Below are positions 25,992-38,444 of a stretch of 64,000 bases of DNA, piece by piece. The stretch covers positions 1-64,000 of the forward strand of contig CDMY01000349.1 of assembly GCA_001179505.1 (NCBI GenBank), written 5' to 3'. A program made the position numbers and the translations under genes. Below the pieces are notes generated by a model, which was not told the DNA's origin, made no database searches, and saw only the letters and a program-made list of their open reading frames with translations. Position 1 is the stretch's first letter. Every line of letters begins with the position of its first letter. The DNA is from Vitrella brassicaformis CCMP3155 (lineage: Eukaryota > Protista > Chromerida).

Positions 25992-28900
25992 ATGAGTTGC
26001 CGGGTGCTCCAAGTGCTCGTCAGCCCTGCCCGTATGGGCCACACATCTGCTTGGCCGTGTGTAGCGATGGATCTTCAGTTGCACAGGCGAGGCATCCAGC
26101 ACCGCTGCTTCGCGTCACGAGCACGGAAGCGACGCAAGAAGAACCACATGGCGTATCCCATCAAGCCTCCAACGTGAGCTGAATGAATGAATGAGTTGCT
26201 GCACGGCCTGCAACAGATCCATCCATCCATCATTCGCTGCTGTTGTTCGACATATGTTTGGATACCTACCTGCCTGCACAGCAAGGTGCTTCGTCCCGAC
26301 ACGGACTTTCCCAAGGCAGTGCTGCGGCGGCCTGACAAGGTGCCCATGCTGAGTCGCGAGGACATCCCTGCGCGGCCAGTGAGGGACCTCAGCGAGATGA
26401 GCGACGAGGGCGATGCCCAGGACGGGATGAGACCCATCAAACCACATGAGGTGGGTGAGTCAGTGGGGACGGCGGCTTTGTCGTTCGCTGGCGGGTTGCA
26501 TATTGCGTATCTATCTATATGTGTGGTGCGATGCGATGCGATGCGATGCAGGTGGCCCAGATGTTTCGGAGGGATGAGAGGACCGTGGGGGCTGTCGGGG
26601 ACAAGATACGCCACCCTGTGAGTAGGGATGGACACTCACACTCTCACACACGCAGACAGACAGACAGACACATAAATGTGCGTGTGCACATGACATCTGC
26701 ACATGTTATATGTTTTATTGTGTTGGCTGTCCGTGAACCCATCCTACAATACATGTGTCAGTCGGTGTTGAAGCAACAGCTGCCTCGGGAGATCAAGGAC
26801 ATCAAAGAGTTCTCTGTCGACGACATCGACCCAAAAAAGTCAGTCAGTCAGTCACCACAATGAGCGCCGACACACACACACACACACACAGAGTCTCGCC
26901 CGGGTCGTTCATGTGTATGTGCAGGCGCCCGGAGCTGCAGAAGTTCTGGTACATGCCAAACCCATTCAGGCCGCAGGTCCTTTCTCCCCCAGACCCACAG
27001 AGGCCAAGCCATGAACCATCTTATCTTCCTTTTTTTTGTGTAGGGCACCACTGCAGCTTTGAGCGACACCGAGTACTACCGTCAGTTCTTCGCCGACAAG
27101 GACCGCGCCCTGGACGGCCGGCAGAAGGAGTACGAGGCCATGCTGGCCGATGAGAAGAGCCAGGAGGACAAGGAGGGGCGGGCGGGGGTGGCTCGCGTGC
27201 GCGTCAAGCCGTCTGCCTACTGGATAGACGAGGGCTACTCGACGCCCGAAATCGGGGCGGTGCCGTTCATGCAGAGCATGGAGCTGAGGAAGGCCATGAT
27301 GAACGAGGCTTACAATGTCCGAAAAGGTGAATATATCTAAGAGAGAGGGCGGATAAATGGGAATGGGCATGGTGTGGTGTGGGGGGGCTGTGCTGTGCTG
27401 TGCTGTGTGTGTGAGTGCAGGTTGTATGTTGAATGTGGATGTGTGGGAGGCCTTCCTGCGGCGGGCTGTGGAGCTGAGCGACCGCGTCAAGGCCAGGACC
27501 CTCCTCAGATGCCTACAGGTACCTGCACAACACACAACACAACACACAGGGATGCATTCACTTGTGCACCACTTACTGTACTGCATCAGGCGGCTGCATC
27601 AGTGCGGTTTCCGTGCACTCCCGAGTGGAAGGCCCTCGTCCAGTAAGCCACCCAACACAGCACAGTACCAGAGGAGAGGGGCCGCCATCCTCACTCACAT
27701 TTGGATGGATTTGTGGCCTTGTCAGGTCAGTGTGCCGCCGCAAGACGGAGCTCCTGCCACAGGACTTCTTCTACCTCTTCCAGGTGCGTGTGATGTGCAT
27801 CACACATGTGTGTGCCTGTCTGTGTGTCTGTCTGTCTGTCAGGCGTGTGCCCGTCAGCGGTGGCGCGACCGCCACTTGCTTGAAGCCCTCAAGGCAATGG
27901 CGCTTGCCTGGCCAAAACTCAAGAACAAAGCTGCCATCAAAGTGAGAACAGACAGACGAGTGTCCATCCGTGTGTGTCGTCAAGGAGGGAGTGCCCCAAT
28001 GTGTTCTGCATCCGTGTGTGTGTGTGTGTGGATGGATGGATGAATGGATGGATGGCGTCAGTCGGCGAATGCGTTGGCCAAGCTTGACATGGGTCGCGAG
28101 CACCTGTGCCAGCCGCTGAAGATCAGCCTGCATCAGAGAATCGACACATTGACACGTACGCAGCCTGCCTGCCTGGTTGCTGTGGGGCTAGATAGATGGA
28201 TGGTTTTGGATGGATGTCTGCGTGTGTGCAGCTGAGAACTGTGCGAGCATGAACGCGTTGACCATCCAGGAGTGTCTGCGTGACGTCAGTGTGGAGCCCT
28301 TTCTCCGCCAGTGCATGCACCACCACCAGGGAGTCACCTTCCACCAGGCCAAGGAGCTCACCACACTCGAGTACCACCTCAGGTACACACACACGGAGGG
28401 GCGCCCTCGGCACAATCAATGTGTGTGCTGCGTGTATGTGGGTGAATCAAATCGAGCAGGCTGGTTCGTCCAGGTCTGTACGGTCGTCTCGACCCCTCTG
28501 TCAAGTATTTCCTGGAGGAGCTGCGCAGAGACGTCATCAGGGCAGCTGGCCACACGGGCCAGGAGACATTTCGCGACAATCCGGGCGAGGACAGCGACCG
28601 AGAGGAGGAGATGGCGATGGGGGCCGGTGTTGATGATGAAGGTGAGGACGATGGGGAGGGCGATGCGCCCATATCGGACTCTGACAGCGATGGCGATGAC
28701 GCAACCACACCTGCGCAGCACGACACTGGGAAGCAGCACGGTGAGTGTGAAAGCAGACATTCGTGTCTGCGCATCACATCAGGTGAAACGAGCCGAGCCT
28801 TGTGGGTGCTGTGCTGTGTGTGCCTTGCAGGTGTGTCAACAATGTCAAGCTGGGTGCATCGTGACGTGTGTCGGCTGCTGACACACATGGGGGTGCCGCA

Positions 28901-29267
28901 CACCAGCGGCCTCAAAGCAGGTCAGTCAGTCACGACACAACACAACACACACAAAGACAGCAATCCAATCCATGTGTTCTGTCCATTGATCAGGTCCCTA
29001 TACGGTGGACATATTCCATGCGCCAAGCAACACGCTGATCGAGCTGAATGCGCCCTTCCAGTACTACGTCGGCACCGCACTCCTCACGGCAGCCACCAGA
29101 AGGCGCCACGAGATGCTGCAGGCGATGGGCTTCCGCCTGCAGCACATCTCGCACACCAAATGGGAGACACTCAGAACCGACGCCCACAAGGTAAGACAGG
29201 TGGGCACACACACACGTGCCTACCTGTGTGACTTCAGTGAGGTGAATTTTGCATGCGTGTGTGTGTA

Positions 29268-29303
<36 letters not shown>

Positions 29304-29451
29304 CGGTTGTCAGGTGGCACATCTGCGTCGGCTGCTGACGTTGGGTGACAAGTCTGTGAGTCCGTCAGATGATGGTGCGTCGAGGGAGACCGCCAGGGGG
29401 CGGCGAGAGAAGGCAAGGGCAGAGACGCGTGCATCCCCCCTTCTGCAGTAG
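25992..29451 (+). CDS. RAP-domain RNA-binding protein, probably mitochondrial
   Basis: Basic N-terminus (HRCFASRARKRRKK) and helical repeats. C-terminal RAP signature VHRDVCRLLTHMGVPH..VDIFHAPSNTLIELNAPFQYY..TRRRHEMLQAMGFRLQHISHTKWE..KVAHLRRLL. Confidence 0.85.
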
Positions 29452-29958
29452 GCAGCCGGCCCCCCTCAGAAGGCAGATGTCTGTCTGCTGTGTATATGCA
29501 TGGGAATGGGTGCCTGAATGACTGGCACATGTATGTCAATTGACGAGGGATGGAACGCACTGGTTGCATCGCATTGTTTGGGAGGTGCTGTCAGTGATGA
29601 ACTCAATGACAAACCAGTCGTCGACGGGCGGGGAGGTTCTGATACACGCACTTCACCTCCTGGGTGACGGTGCGCGTTCACCGTCACCCAGGAGGTTGTG
29701 TGCGTCTACGCAACCTCCCCGACGCGACACGAGGCTGGGACGGGGGCTATATTGGATAAAGCCTCAGGCACTGACTGACGAACGATACACATATGTAGAG
29801 CCAGCCAGATGAACACGAAAGAGTCTACATCCGGTACATGTACCTACCCACCTACCACCCACTGGCTGCATCAGTACGGCTGTCTGTCTTTCTGTCTGTC
29901 TACTCATCCATCCATCCATTCATTCATCTATGCATCATGGTGTCGATTTGTCAGCCGG

Positions 29959-31058
29959 TCACTCCTCATCAGGGGGGCCCTGCTCGCCTGCACATCACAA
30001 CACGTCACTCACAACAATTCAACACGGTGTGTATGTTGTATGCGCGTTGCGTGAGCATGCCTGTCCTGTACGCACCTGGTTTGGGCCCTCCCGCCGGCTT
30101 GGCCATGATGATCTGCACACCACACGCATAGCATAGCATTGCCATGGCACTTACAGGCAAGTGACGCCGCCCCCTTCTCTCTGTGTGTCGCATCGGCATA
30201 CCTACCTGGTCGACTCTGAGTACGGTGATGGCTGCATCGGTAGCCAGCTTCATCGCCCACGCCTTGGTGTCGTGATGGTCGAATATGCCTACACGCAGAC
30301 AGACGTGCATCACATCAAGCAGGGAGGAAGGGCACACGACACACAGGACTCACAAAGGGGAAGGAATACTTATGGGGTCACTAAGATGCTGACCGTGTTC
30401 GACGGCGTCGATTGTGGCCTCGGCGCCGCTGCCAGCGCCGCCCTGGTGGGTGAGCCGATTGATGCACAAGACAGACCCATGCTGACTGACATGACCTAAC
30501 AACTTCACTCACCTCAACATTGACGCCGGTGTTCTTCCTGCCCTCCTGATGTGCCGCGTAGAGCGCCGTCAACACGTCTGGACACCCGCATGGCATGGTG
30601 CAGCCCATCCAGCCCATCTTTGTGCCGATCCCTCTCCCGGGTTGGCTTAGCTTACTTGTGGCGTCTTGGCCGGCATTGTCAGAGAGGATGCGGGGCACTG
30701 CCTGCGCAGCGCGCAGATGCAGACAGACACAGAGAGAGAGAGAGAGAGTGACGCGGCCACCATGCAGTGAGCGCAATCCTGGCTGACCTCGAGTGCTTCG
30801 CCGAATTTGAGCACGGCATACTGGTCCAACCCAGACACCGTCGCACCGAATTGCTGGCGGTATGGACACACAGATGGAGGACATCCCATACCACACACAC
30901 ACACATCCAAATGAAGCAGCCGAGCGTCCCCTCCTGTCTGTCTAGCGACCCGACCTGCAGCTGGTGTGCGATTTCCACTTCGGTGGCCCCCGCGCCCGGG
31001 ACGAAGCGCCGGTCCCTCGTAATCGAACGCACACAATTCACAGCGTCATCTAGCCACA

Positions 31059-31091
<33 letters not shown>

Positions 31092-34000
31092 GTGGGGTGC
31101 ATGTGGTCTCGTCTGGGATGTGTGTGTGGCGGTGGTGTTGTGGTGTACCGATGGCCCGTTCCACTTCGTCGAGTACGTTTGGCGTGGCGCCCCGCAGCAC
31201 TATCGTGGCCACCCTGCTGCCCGACGCACGAATCACCGTCACCTGACCACACGCACAGCATAGCACAGAAATGCAATGTGCCTAGGGCTTCTCTTCTGTC
31301 CTTTGATGCACTGCACAGCCGTCCGTGTTGTGTTCGTCCGTCCGTGCCTTGGAGGATCCGATCTCTTCGACAGACACGTATTCCGCCGTGCCGAGCTCGT
31401 CGGGCAGCGGGGCTCCCTGCACAGCACATGAGTTCACGAGTGACATACATGGATGTGCGACGGAATCCTGCCTGAGTCTGCACCTCATCGGATGGCTTAC
31501 TTACCAGCCTGACCATGGCGGCCGCCCCAAGTGTGCGGCACAGACGACGAAGCTCAAACTTGGACTGAACCTGCAGAGAGAGAGAGAGAGAGAGCGCCAC
31601 TTATGCTATGCTATGCAGGCGATGCGGTTGATTGATTTGTGTCTGACAGGCTAGGGCTGGGCTGACTGACTTTGACGGTGAGAATGTCGTATTTGTTGCA
31701 GAAGTGCTGTGCGATGTCGGATATGTTGCCGCCGCTCACTATCACCTCCACACCAGCGTCACGGACCGCACGGATCGTCTGACACGACACACACCAGGCA
31801 GGTCGGTCCATGCCACCTCCCGTGTGTGTGTGTGTGTGTGGTGAGGGGGTGCCTCCCTCCCCGGGCCTCTCATCTCTCTGACCTCCTCCATTTTTTGTTC
31901 CTCCTTCTTTGTGAAGTTCAGCAGCTCCTCGGCGTTGTGCAGCAACACAGTGCCCTTCGTCTCGGTCCCTGACGGACGGACGTTAAGCAACCACACACAC
32001 ATAGGTGCCTGTGGGTGTGGTTGCTGTAAGTGTGTGTGTGTGTGTGTGTGTCGACATACATACCGGTGAACTCGATGCCACATGAGAGGACGCACACCTT
32101 GAGTTCGCCCTGTTTGTGCTTGACGCTGCCTGCACACGCACGCAGTACACCAGCCAGCCAGCCATTCAGCCAGCCACATACAGACAGAGTGGCGGGCCCN
32201 NNNNNNNNNNNNNNNNNNNNNNNNNNNNNNNNNNNNNNNNNNNNNNNNNNNNNNNNNNNNNNNNNNNNNNNNNNNNNNNNNNNNNNNNNNNNNNNNNNNN
32301 NNNNNNNNNNNNNNNNNNNNNNNNNNNNNNNNNNNNNNNNNNNNNNNNNNNNNNNNNNNNNNNNNNNNNNNNNNNNNNNNNNNNNNNNNNNNNNNNNNNN
32401 NNNNNNNNNNNNNNNNNNNNNNNNNNNNNNNNNNNNNNNNNNNNNNNNNNNNNNNNNNNNNNNNNNNNNNNNNNNNNNNNNNNNNNNNNNNNNNNNNNNG
32501 GGGGGGGGGCCCGCCACACCCCTCCAGGCGTGTGATGTGTCTTAAGAGGTGTGTGGACCTGTTGCGTCGCGGCCATGGACCATGCCCGATATGACGTGCG
32601 AATCGCTCAACGAACCTCCTAAACACACACACACACACACACACACGCGTAGATACGTCCAGGCCACGACACGTGTGTGTACGTTGCACTTAGAAGGTGT
32701 GTGTGTATGTGTGTGTGTGTGTGCCGCCCGCACCCACCTTGCAGCTTGCAGACCCGTATGTTGTCGACGTTGAAGTCACTCACAGACCGGGGCATCGCCT
32801 GCAGACACACACGTGATGAACACACACACGGGGGCTAGGCGTCGTGTGGTGTGGTGTGGTGTGGTTTGTATCCTGGGTAGGTACCTTGACAGCTGCTTCC
32901 GCCACGAGCTGAGCCAACTGGTCCTCAATCCCTGCAGGCACCACACACACACACACACACACCACACAAAACAAAGACGGCATGGAAGGGATAGGATGGA
33001 TGTGCGCCGCGCCCAGCCAGCTCTCTTACCGAGCTGTTTGGACGACAGGGATGTCCTCACGCCTGTTAGTACAGACAGACACGAGGCGACAACAAACTGT
33101 GGGATGAATGAAGCTGCTGCGGTCTGGTCTGGTCTGGTCTGGTCTGCCGGGTCGTTCGTTTTGTGTCTGTACTGTATTGTGCGTACGGCACCTTTCCTGA
33201 GTTCCTCAACGATGGTCGGGTCCTTGACAGACCAGCACACACACCCTGAGCACACACACATCCACAGACGCACACAGGGAGGGCTTCTCTTGCTGGCTGT
33301 GTGTCGGGGCGGTTGCTGTTGCCGACATACCCTCGAGTATCTGCAGCGCCTTCTTGATGGCCATCTCGTAACCCTTAATCACATCCGACGTGTGCAGACC
33401 CTGGAGACACACACACACACACACACACAGATGGGGATACCACCCAACCGTTCACCAAGTAAGTCATCACTGTGCCCGCCCGCCTGTTTGAGTAGGTTTT
33501 CGGCCATGATGAGCAGCTCCCCTGCCATCACCACCGTCAGGTTCGTGCCGTCACCTGCACACACACACACACACAGATGGCGCCACCCTCATGGGCGTCG
33601 GTTTGTCGGTTTGTCGGTTTGTCTGTCTGTCTGTCTGTCTGTGTGAGGTCTGGTGTGGTGTGGTATCCCTACCGTATTCCTCCTCCTGCATTTTGGAGGC
33701 CATGACGACCAGCTTGGCGGCCGGATGCACCACCTGGCACGCACAAACACAACACACAAGTCCCTCCCCCCAATGTGATTGATGTGTCTGGATGGATGGA
33801 TGGATGGATGGATGGATGGAGATGTCGGTGTGTCACAGCAGGTAGGTACCTCACCTCCAGTTCGTTGACCATGGTGGCGGCATCCGAAGTCACATAGTGC
33901 TTGTCGATGTGACTGATGATCAACTTGTTCATGCCTGACGTGACGACAGACACCAACCAACGATATCACATCCACACACACACAATTCCCCCCCACACAC

Positions 34001-34541
34001 ACGCATAGAATACGCGTATTGTCTTGTCCAGTCAGTCCATAATCTGTCTGTCTGTCTGTCTGTCTGTGCGTCTCTGTGTATGTGTATGTACCAATTCAAT
34101 TAAGGCCTTACTGTTGGGTCCGAGTGATGTTTTGGTGATGGTGGCGAGGGACTGGCAGGCCTGGATGTTCTTCAACGTCGCCTCATCGATGCCAGTGAAG
34201 TGCCGCCCGCCCTGCGCACACACGTCACAGACAGACGGACAGACAGACAGACAGACATTGCGTGCGCCCGGTGGGTTGTTCACATGTATCCCTACCTCTT
34301 TGAGCAGCGCGGCGAGGCCCTGCGGCGACGAAAACTGCAACACACAGTACACAGAGCCACATGCAGCACATGCAGACATCAGATCTGGCAGATCTCCCAG
34401 TCAGTGCCACGTCACGGCCACAGGAATGCATATGTATGCGGAATGCGGCGCACACCACACCACACACGTGAGTGACGTGCACGGCACCTCCCTCGCCTGT
34501 CTGCCCACACACATGGCTACTATGAATGCAATGCTTACCAT
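29959..34541 (-). CDS. CCT8: T-complex protein 1 subunit theta (chaperonin CCT), about 25 exons
   Basis: KNIQACQSLATITKTSLGPN, MNKLIISHIDKHYVTSDAATMVNELEV, QEEEYGDGTNLTVV, FNVDNIRVCKL, TETKGTVLLHNAEELLNFTK, SKFELRRLCRTLGA, ATIVLRGATPNVLDEVERAIDDAVN, FVPGAGATEVE and ATDAAITVLRVDQIIMAKPAGGPKP. Confidence 0.97.
32200..32499. other. Assembly gap (300 N) inside a CCT8 intron
   Basis: Run of N. The flanking exons (..GMVHGRDAT and GSVKHKQGELK..) join without missing CCT8 sequence. Confidence 0.95.
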
Positions 34542-34796
34542 TCTGACGACGCCGACAAGCTAGTGGTGCTCGGTGATCTGGCTTTTCAAGTCTCAGCGGG
34601 CTCACACACGGCAGACAAAGAAAGAGCCTCTCTTCTCACGGCGCTTACAAGCTCGCAGAGAGGGTCGATCAAGATCTGCCACGTCACTCACTCGGCAAAC
34701 AACCCACGTCAAGGCCTCCCCAGTCGACAGCACAGCTGCCCCTCTGGTGTTCCTGAAAGCTCTGCTCTAGCTCTGCTCCCTCCCCTCCAGACAGCC

Positions 34797-35786
34797 ATGG
34801 TGATGAGAGTTTGCTTGTGTGTGGTTGCGCTGTGCCTGGGCCTGGCCAGTGCCTCCATATATGCCCCCGACAGCACGTATGAGCAGCAGTATGAGCCGCA
34901 GCAGCCGCAGCAGCCACCTCAGGCATCGCCTGGCGGTGTTGGTGGTGTGCCCCCCTCCCCGTGGCATGAGATGGGCCACGAGGAGATGATGGACCATGTC
35001 AGGAAGACAGCCAAGTCGCTCGGTGAGACACATACATACACGCACACACGCACACACAGACAGACCGACAGGCACTCATGAGAGGGGAGGGAGGGCATTT
35101 GTGTGTCATCTCCCTCTGTGTGAGTGTTGTGTGCCCTCTGTGCAGGTCTTGAGGTGGGTGCTGAGGAGATGGAGGCCATGGCTCCGATGATTCAGAACTG
35201 GCAGAACATGTTCAAGGGCTTCGCGCCACCACCACAGGGAGGGGAGGGCTCACCGGACAGCCCGCACATCGACGCCAACCACCACAAGCAGCTCGAGGAA
35301 ATGGCTTCGCTCCTCGGCCTCGACAACTGGAAACTCAGCCCTGGTACGCCGCATAGGGCAAGACGACACCACCCGCACTTGTGTGTGTGTGTGTGTGTGT
35401 GTGTAATGGATGCAGATCAGATCGACAAGATGGCTCCTCAGTTGGATGAGTACCTCAAGTCGATGCAGTCGCAGCACGGTGACTACATGACGGCCATGCA
35501 GGAGCTCATGGAGAAGGGCAAGGCCGGCGCTGACCACAAGGAAATGATCTCACACGCAGCCAAAATGTAAGCAAGCCGCGTCGCGTGAGCGCAGAGATGA
35601 AGGGGTTTAGTCGTGAAGTCAATGACCTTTTCTCTGTGTGTGCGTGTGCTTAATGCGTCAATCAATGGTAGGATGAACATGGATTTGGAGGACCACGAGA
35701 TCGAGCAGATGCTGCCGATGATGAAGCAGTACGAGGACATGTTCAAGAACCTATTCGGACAACAAAACGCACACTCGGAACTCTGA
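34797..35786 (+). CDS. Small secreted/ER Met-His-Glu-rich protein with three internal repeats and C-terminal HSEL
   Basis: Signal peptide MVMRVCLCVVALCLGLASA. Four exons splice in frame and the protein ends ...YEDMFKNLFGQQNAHSEL*. Confidence 0.85.
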
Positions 35787-36397
35787 GCATCCAATCCATG
35801 GCCGGCTGTCAGTGTATCTACCTCTGTCTGTCTGTATCTGTCAGTATAAGTATACTCACGTGAGTGAGTGTGGCTATCGGATCTATCGGCCTGGTGTGTG
35901 TCTGTCTGTCTCCTGTGTGTGAGTGTGTGTGTCATGGCTGTGAGTACGATACATGCGACTGACTGACTGACTGACGGGGTTTTGATTGATAGATTGATCG
36001 GCAGTAGGGAGGGAGGGAGGGTCACTGGCTGGCTGGGCTGTTGGGGGGGCTTTTTCTGTGAGTGGTGGTGGGCTGGCTGGTCGGTGAGACGGTGTTACAG
36101 ACAGACAGGAGTGGTCGATTTTTAACCCTATCCTTCTTCAGTTCATCCATGCCTTGATTCATTGATTCATTCACCGACCCACTCACTGCATTGAGCCACG
36201 AATGCATTCATTCATCAAAATTTTCTGCTGCTGCTGCTGCTGTTGGCAGCAGGCAGGCAGGCAGGCCTTGTGTGTGTGTGCGCTGGATGGATGTTGTGTA
36301 CGTATCTCATCATCGTCATGTACATATCATCATGCCCTCGTGCGGTGCGTTGATTCTGCCGCTGCTCCGCTGCCGCTCACACAGAGAGAGGTGTATA

Positions 36398-37391
36398 TCT
36401 TCCTGTTGTTGTGTCTGCCAGCCTATGATGAACGGTGCCATCGGCCTTTCCGTGCTTGAGATGGGCTCCTCCAACTCGACGATCAGAATATGTCGGGTTA
36501 TTCTGGTTGCCAGGTTGCAGGCTGGCGTCATGAGCACGAAAAGACATCCATGGCATGATACCAGTGGTGCATCAGTCAGTCAGACAATGAAGCGGACAGC
36601 AGGAAGGCAGTGCTGCATGGCATGAGTGCGGTGGGTGCCTGCCTCGGCTGATTTGTCACCTCGGCTGCTCTCATAGAGGCCGGGAGGGAGGCCAGAGGCG
36701 GCCCACCCACTGCTTACTTACCTGCACGATATATGCCATTTTTTCCCACTATTGCTGCCATGATGTGGGATGCCATGACGTGTTGACGTTCATTGTGTTA
36801 TCGCTCTCTCATTTCAACCATTCATTATATGGCTGACGCCACATAAAACAAAGCGAGTTCCGTTACGCTACGCCACACACGAGGGAATAAAATGTATGTC
36901 ACCACACGGAGCTAAAACGAACGAGGAAGATCAGAGAGAGCCCGCCCTCCCAGCACCGCAAACGCCCCCATGCACTGCACACACATAGTCCTGCAGCTAC
37001 CCCCAAACCCCCCACTACCCCCCACTAAGAAAAAACAACACTTCACAGGTCGATAGACAGAAACAGCTGAGGGCGAGGAAGGCCGGTGAGTTGGCCGGCG
37101 CCTGGCGGTCAGGCACACCCGACCGACACACGGCCTTCCCGGCACTGCACTGAATAAAGAGGATAGGAAAAAGTAGCTACGGACATCCGGCAACCCGGAC
37201 TTACTGCATCTCATCTCAAGGGTGGATGTGCCGTGTGTGTCTTTCCGTGCTCATGACGCCAGCCTGCAACCTGGCAACCAGAATACACCGACATGTTCTG
37301 ATCGTCGAGTTGCAGGCAGGCGCCGAAGACACGGGAAGCCAGATGGCACCGTTCACCACAGGCCGGTAGATAGACACAACCAACAGGAAGA
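36398..37391. repeat. Diverged inverted repeat: arms ~36398-36546 and ~37238-37391, spacer ~690 bp
   Basis: The reverse complement of the right arm aligns to the left arm, including a 40-bp perfect block tattctggttgccaggttgcaggctggcgtcatgagcacg, plus caactcgacgatcagaa and tgaacggtgccatc. Confidence 0.9.
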
Positions 37392-37561
37392 CACAACACA
37401 TACATCTGTGAGGGCATGCATTCATCAATCAATCGACTGCCTGTCTGGCTGGCTGGCTGAGCTGCCGACGAGAGAGAGGAGGGCGAGAGAGGGCGCATTT
37501 CCTGGGTTTGGTGTGGCCATCTGCATATAGCTGTCCATCTCCCTCCCTCCCTATTTACTGT

Positions 37562-38328
37562 CTATGCGCGCCGAAGCCGCGAGGGGCAGAAGGCGGTGGT
37601 GCCCACGTACTTTTCGCAGTAGCTGTCCTCCTGAATGAAACACACAGACAAACACACAGACAGACAGACAGACAACCACTGTGCGTGTGTGTCACACACT
37701 TTAGTCCAGTTCAACCGGTGGTTGGGTTGCTTACGCAGCCGGGCGGTTCGGGAAGGTCATCTTTTTCTATCCCGGTGCACTCGGCCAGTTCATCATTGCA
37801 GTTGTCCTTCCCGCACTCGACGCATGCCTTTGAGCACTCCCTGCCGCCCAGCCCGCACACCGGATCGGCACCGAAGGGGCCGCACTGCTTCGACCCGCAC
37901 TGACACGCCTTCACGTAACACGCTAAGCAGCCTGGTCATGACATGACACACACCACACAACTCACGTGTACCACAGCGTCGGTAGGTTCCTCGGCCGTGT
38001 GTCTGTCTGTGAGTGCGTACTGTCAGAGAGCGGGGGCATTCTTGCGCGCATGAGGCTGCTGCTGCACAGCGCCGTGTAGTAGTTCTGCCAGAAGGGCGTC
38101 ATGTCCTCCTGATACCCCGCACACAGACGGTCACACACACGCACATCTCCGAACGGCCAACAGAGATCCCGTCCCCCTGTCTGCAGCTCATGTCATGTGT
38201 CCTCTTTAGGTGTCCGTCTGTGCGCTCACCGCATAGAGAATCGCCTGATCTGCCTCGCTGGTGCAGTCGGCAGAGGCGTACCCGACCACACTGCCGAGCA
38301 CCGTCACGAACAGCGCAAGAATCTTCAT
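37562..38328 (-). CDS. Small secreted cysteine-rich protein of unknown function
   Basis: Signal peptide MKILALFVTVLGSVVGYASA. Manually spliced product contains CLACYVKACQCGSKQCGPFGADPVCGLGGRECSKACVECGKDNCNDELAECTG and ends EDSYCEKYVGTTAFCPSRLRRA*. Confidence 0.85.
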
Positions 38329-38444
38329 GGGGAGGGACAGACGGATAGATGTGCTTGCCACGAGAGATCTCGAAGCGGTCTGCTTGGAAAAGTGCGAGCT
38401 TGAATGAGAGGATCGGTCAGCAGATCGGAGGCGGGTGAGAAGGC

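Noticed and set aside
36191-37530. Protein-coding genes in the inverted-repeat arms (ORFs 36316-36537, 37216-37428, 37222-37530)
   Set aside because: Differences between the two copies are not synonymous-biased and one frame has a stop in one copy.
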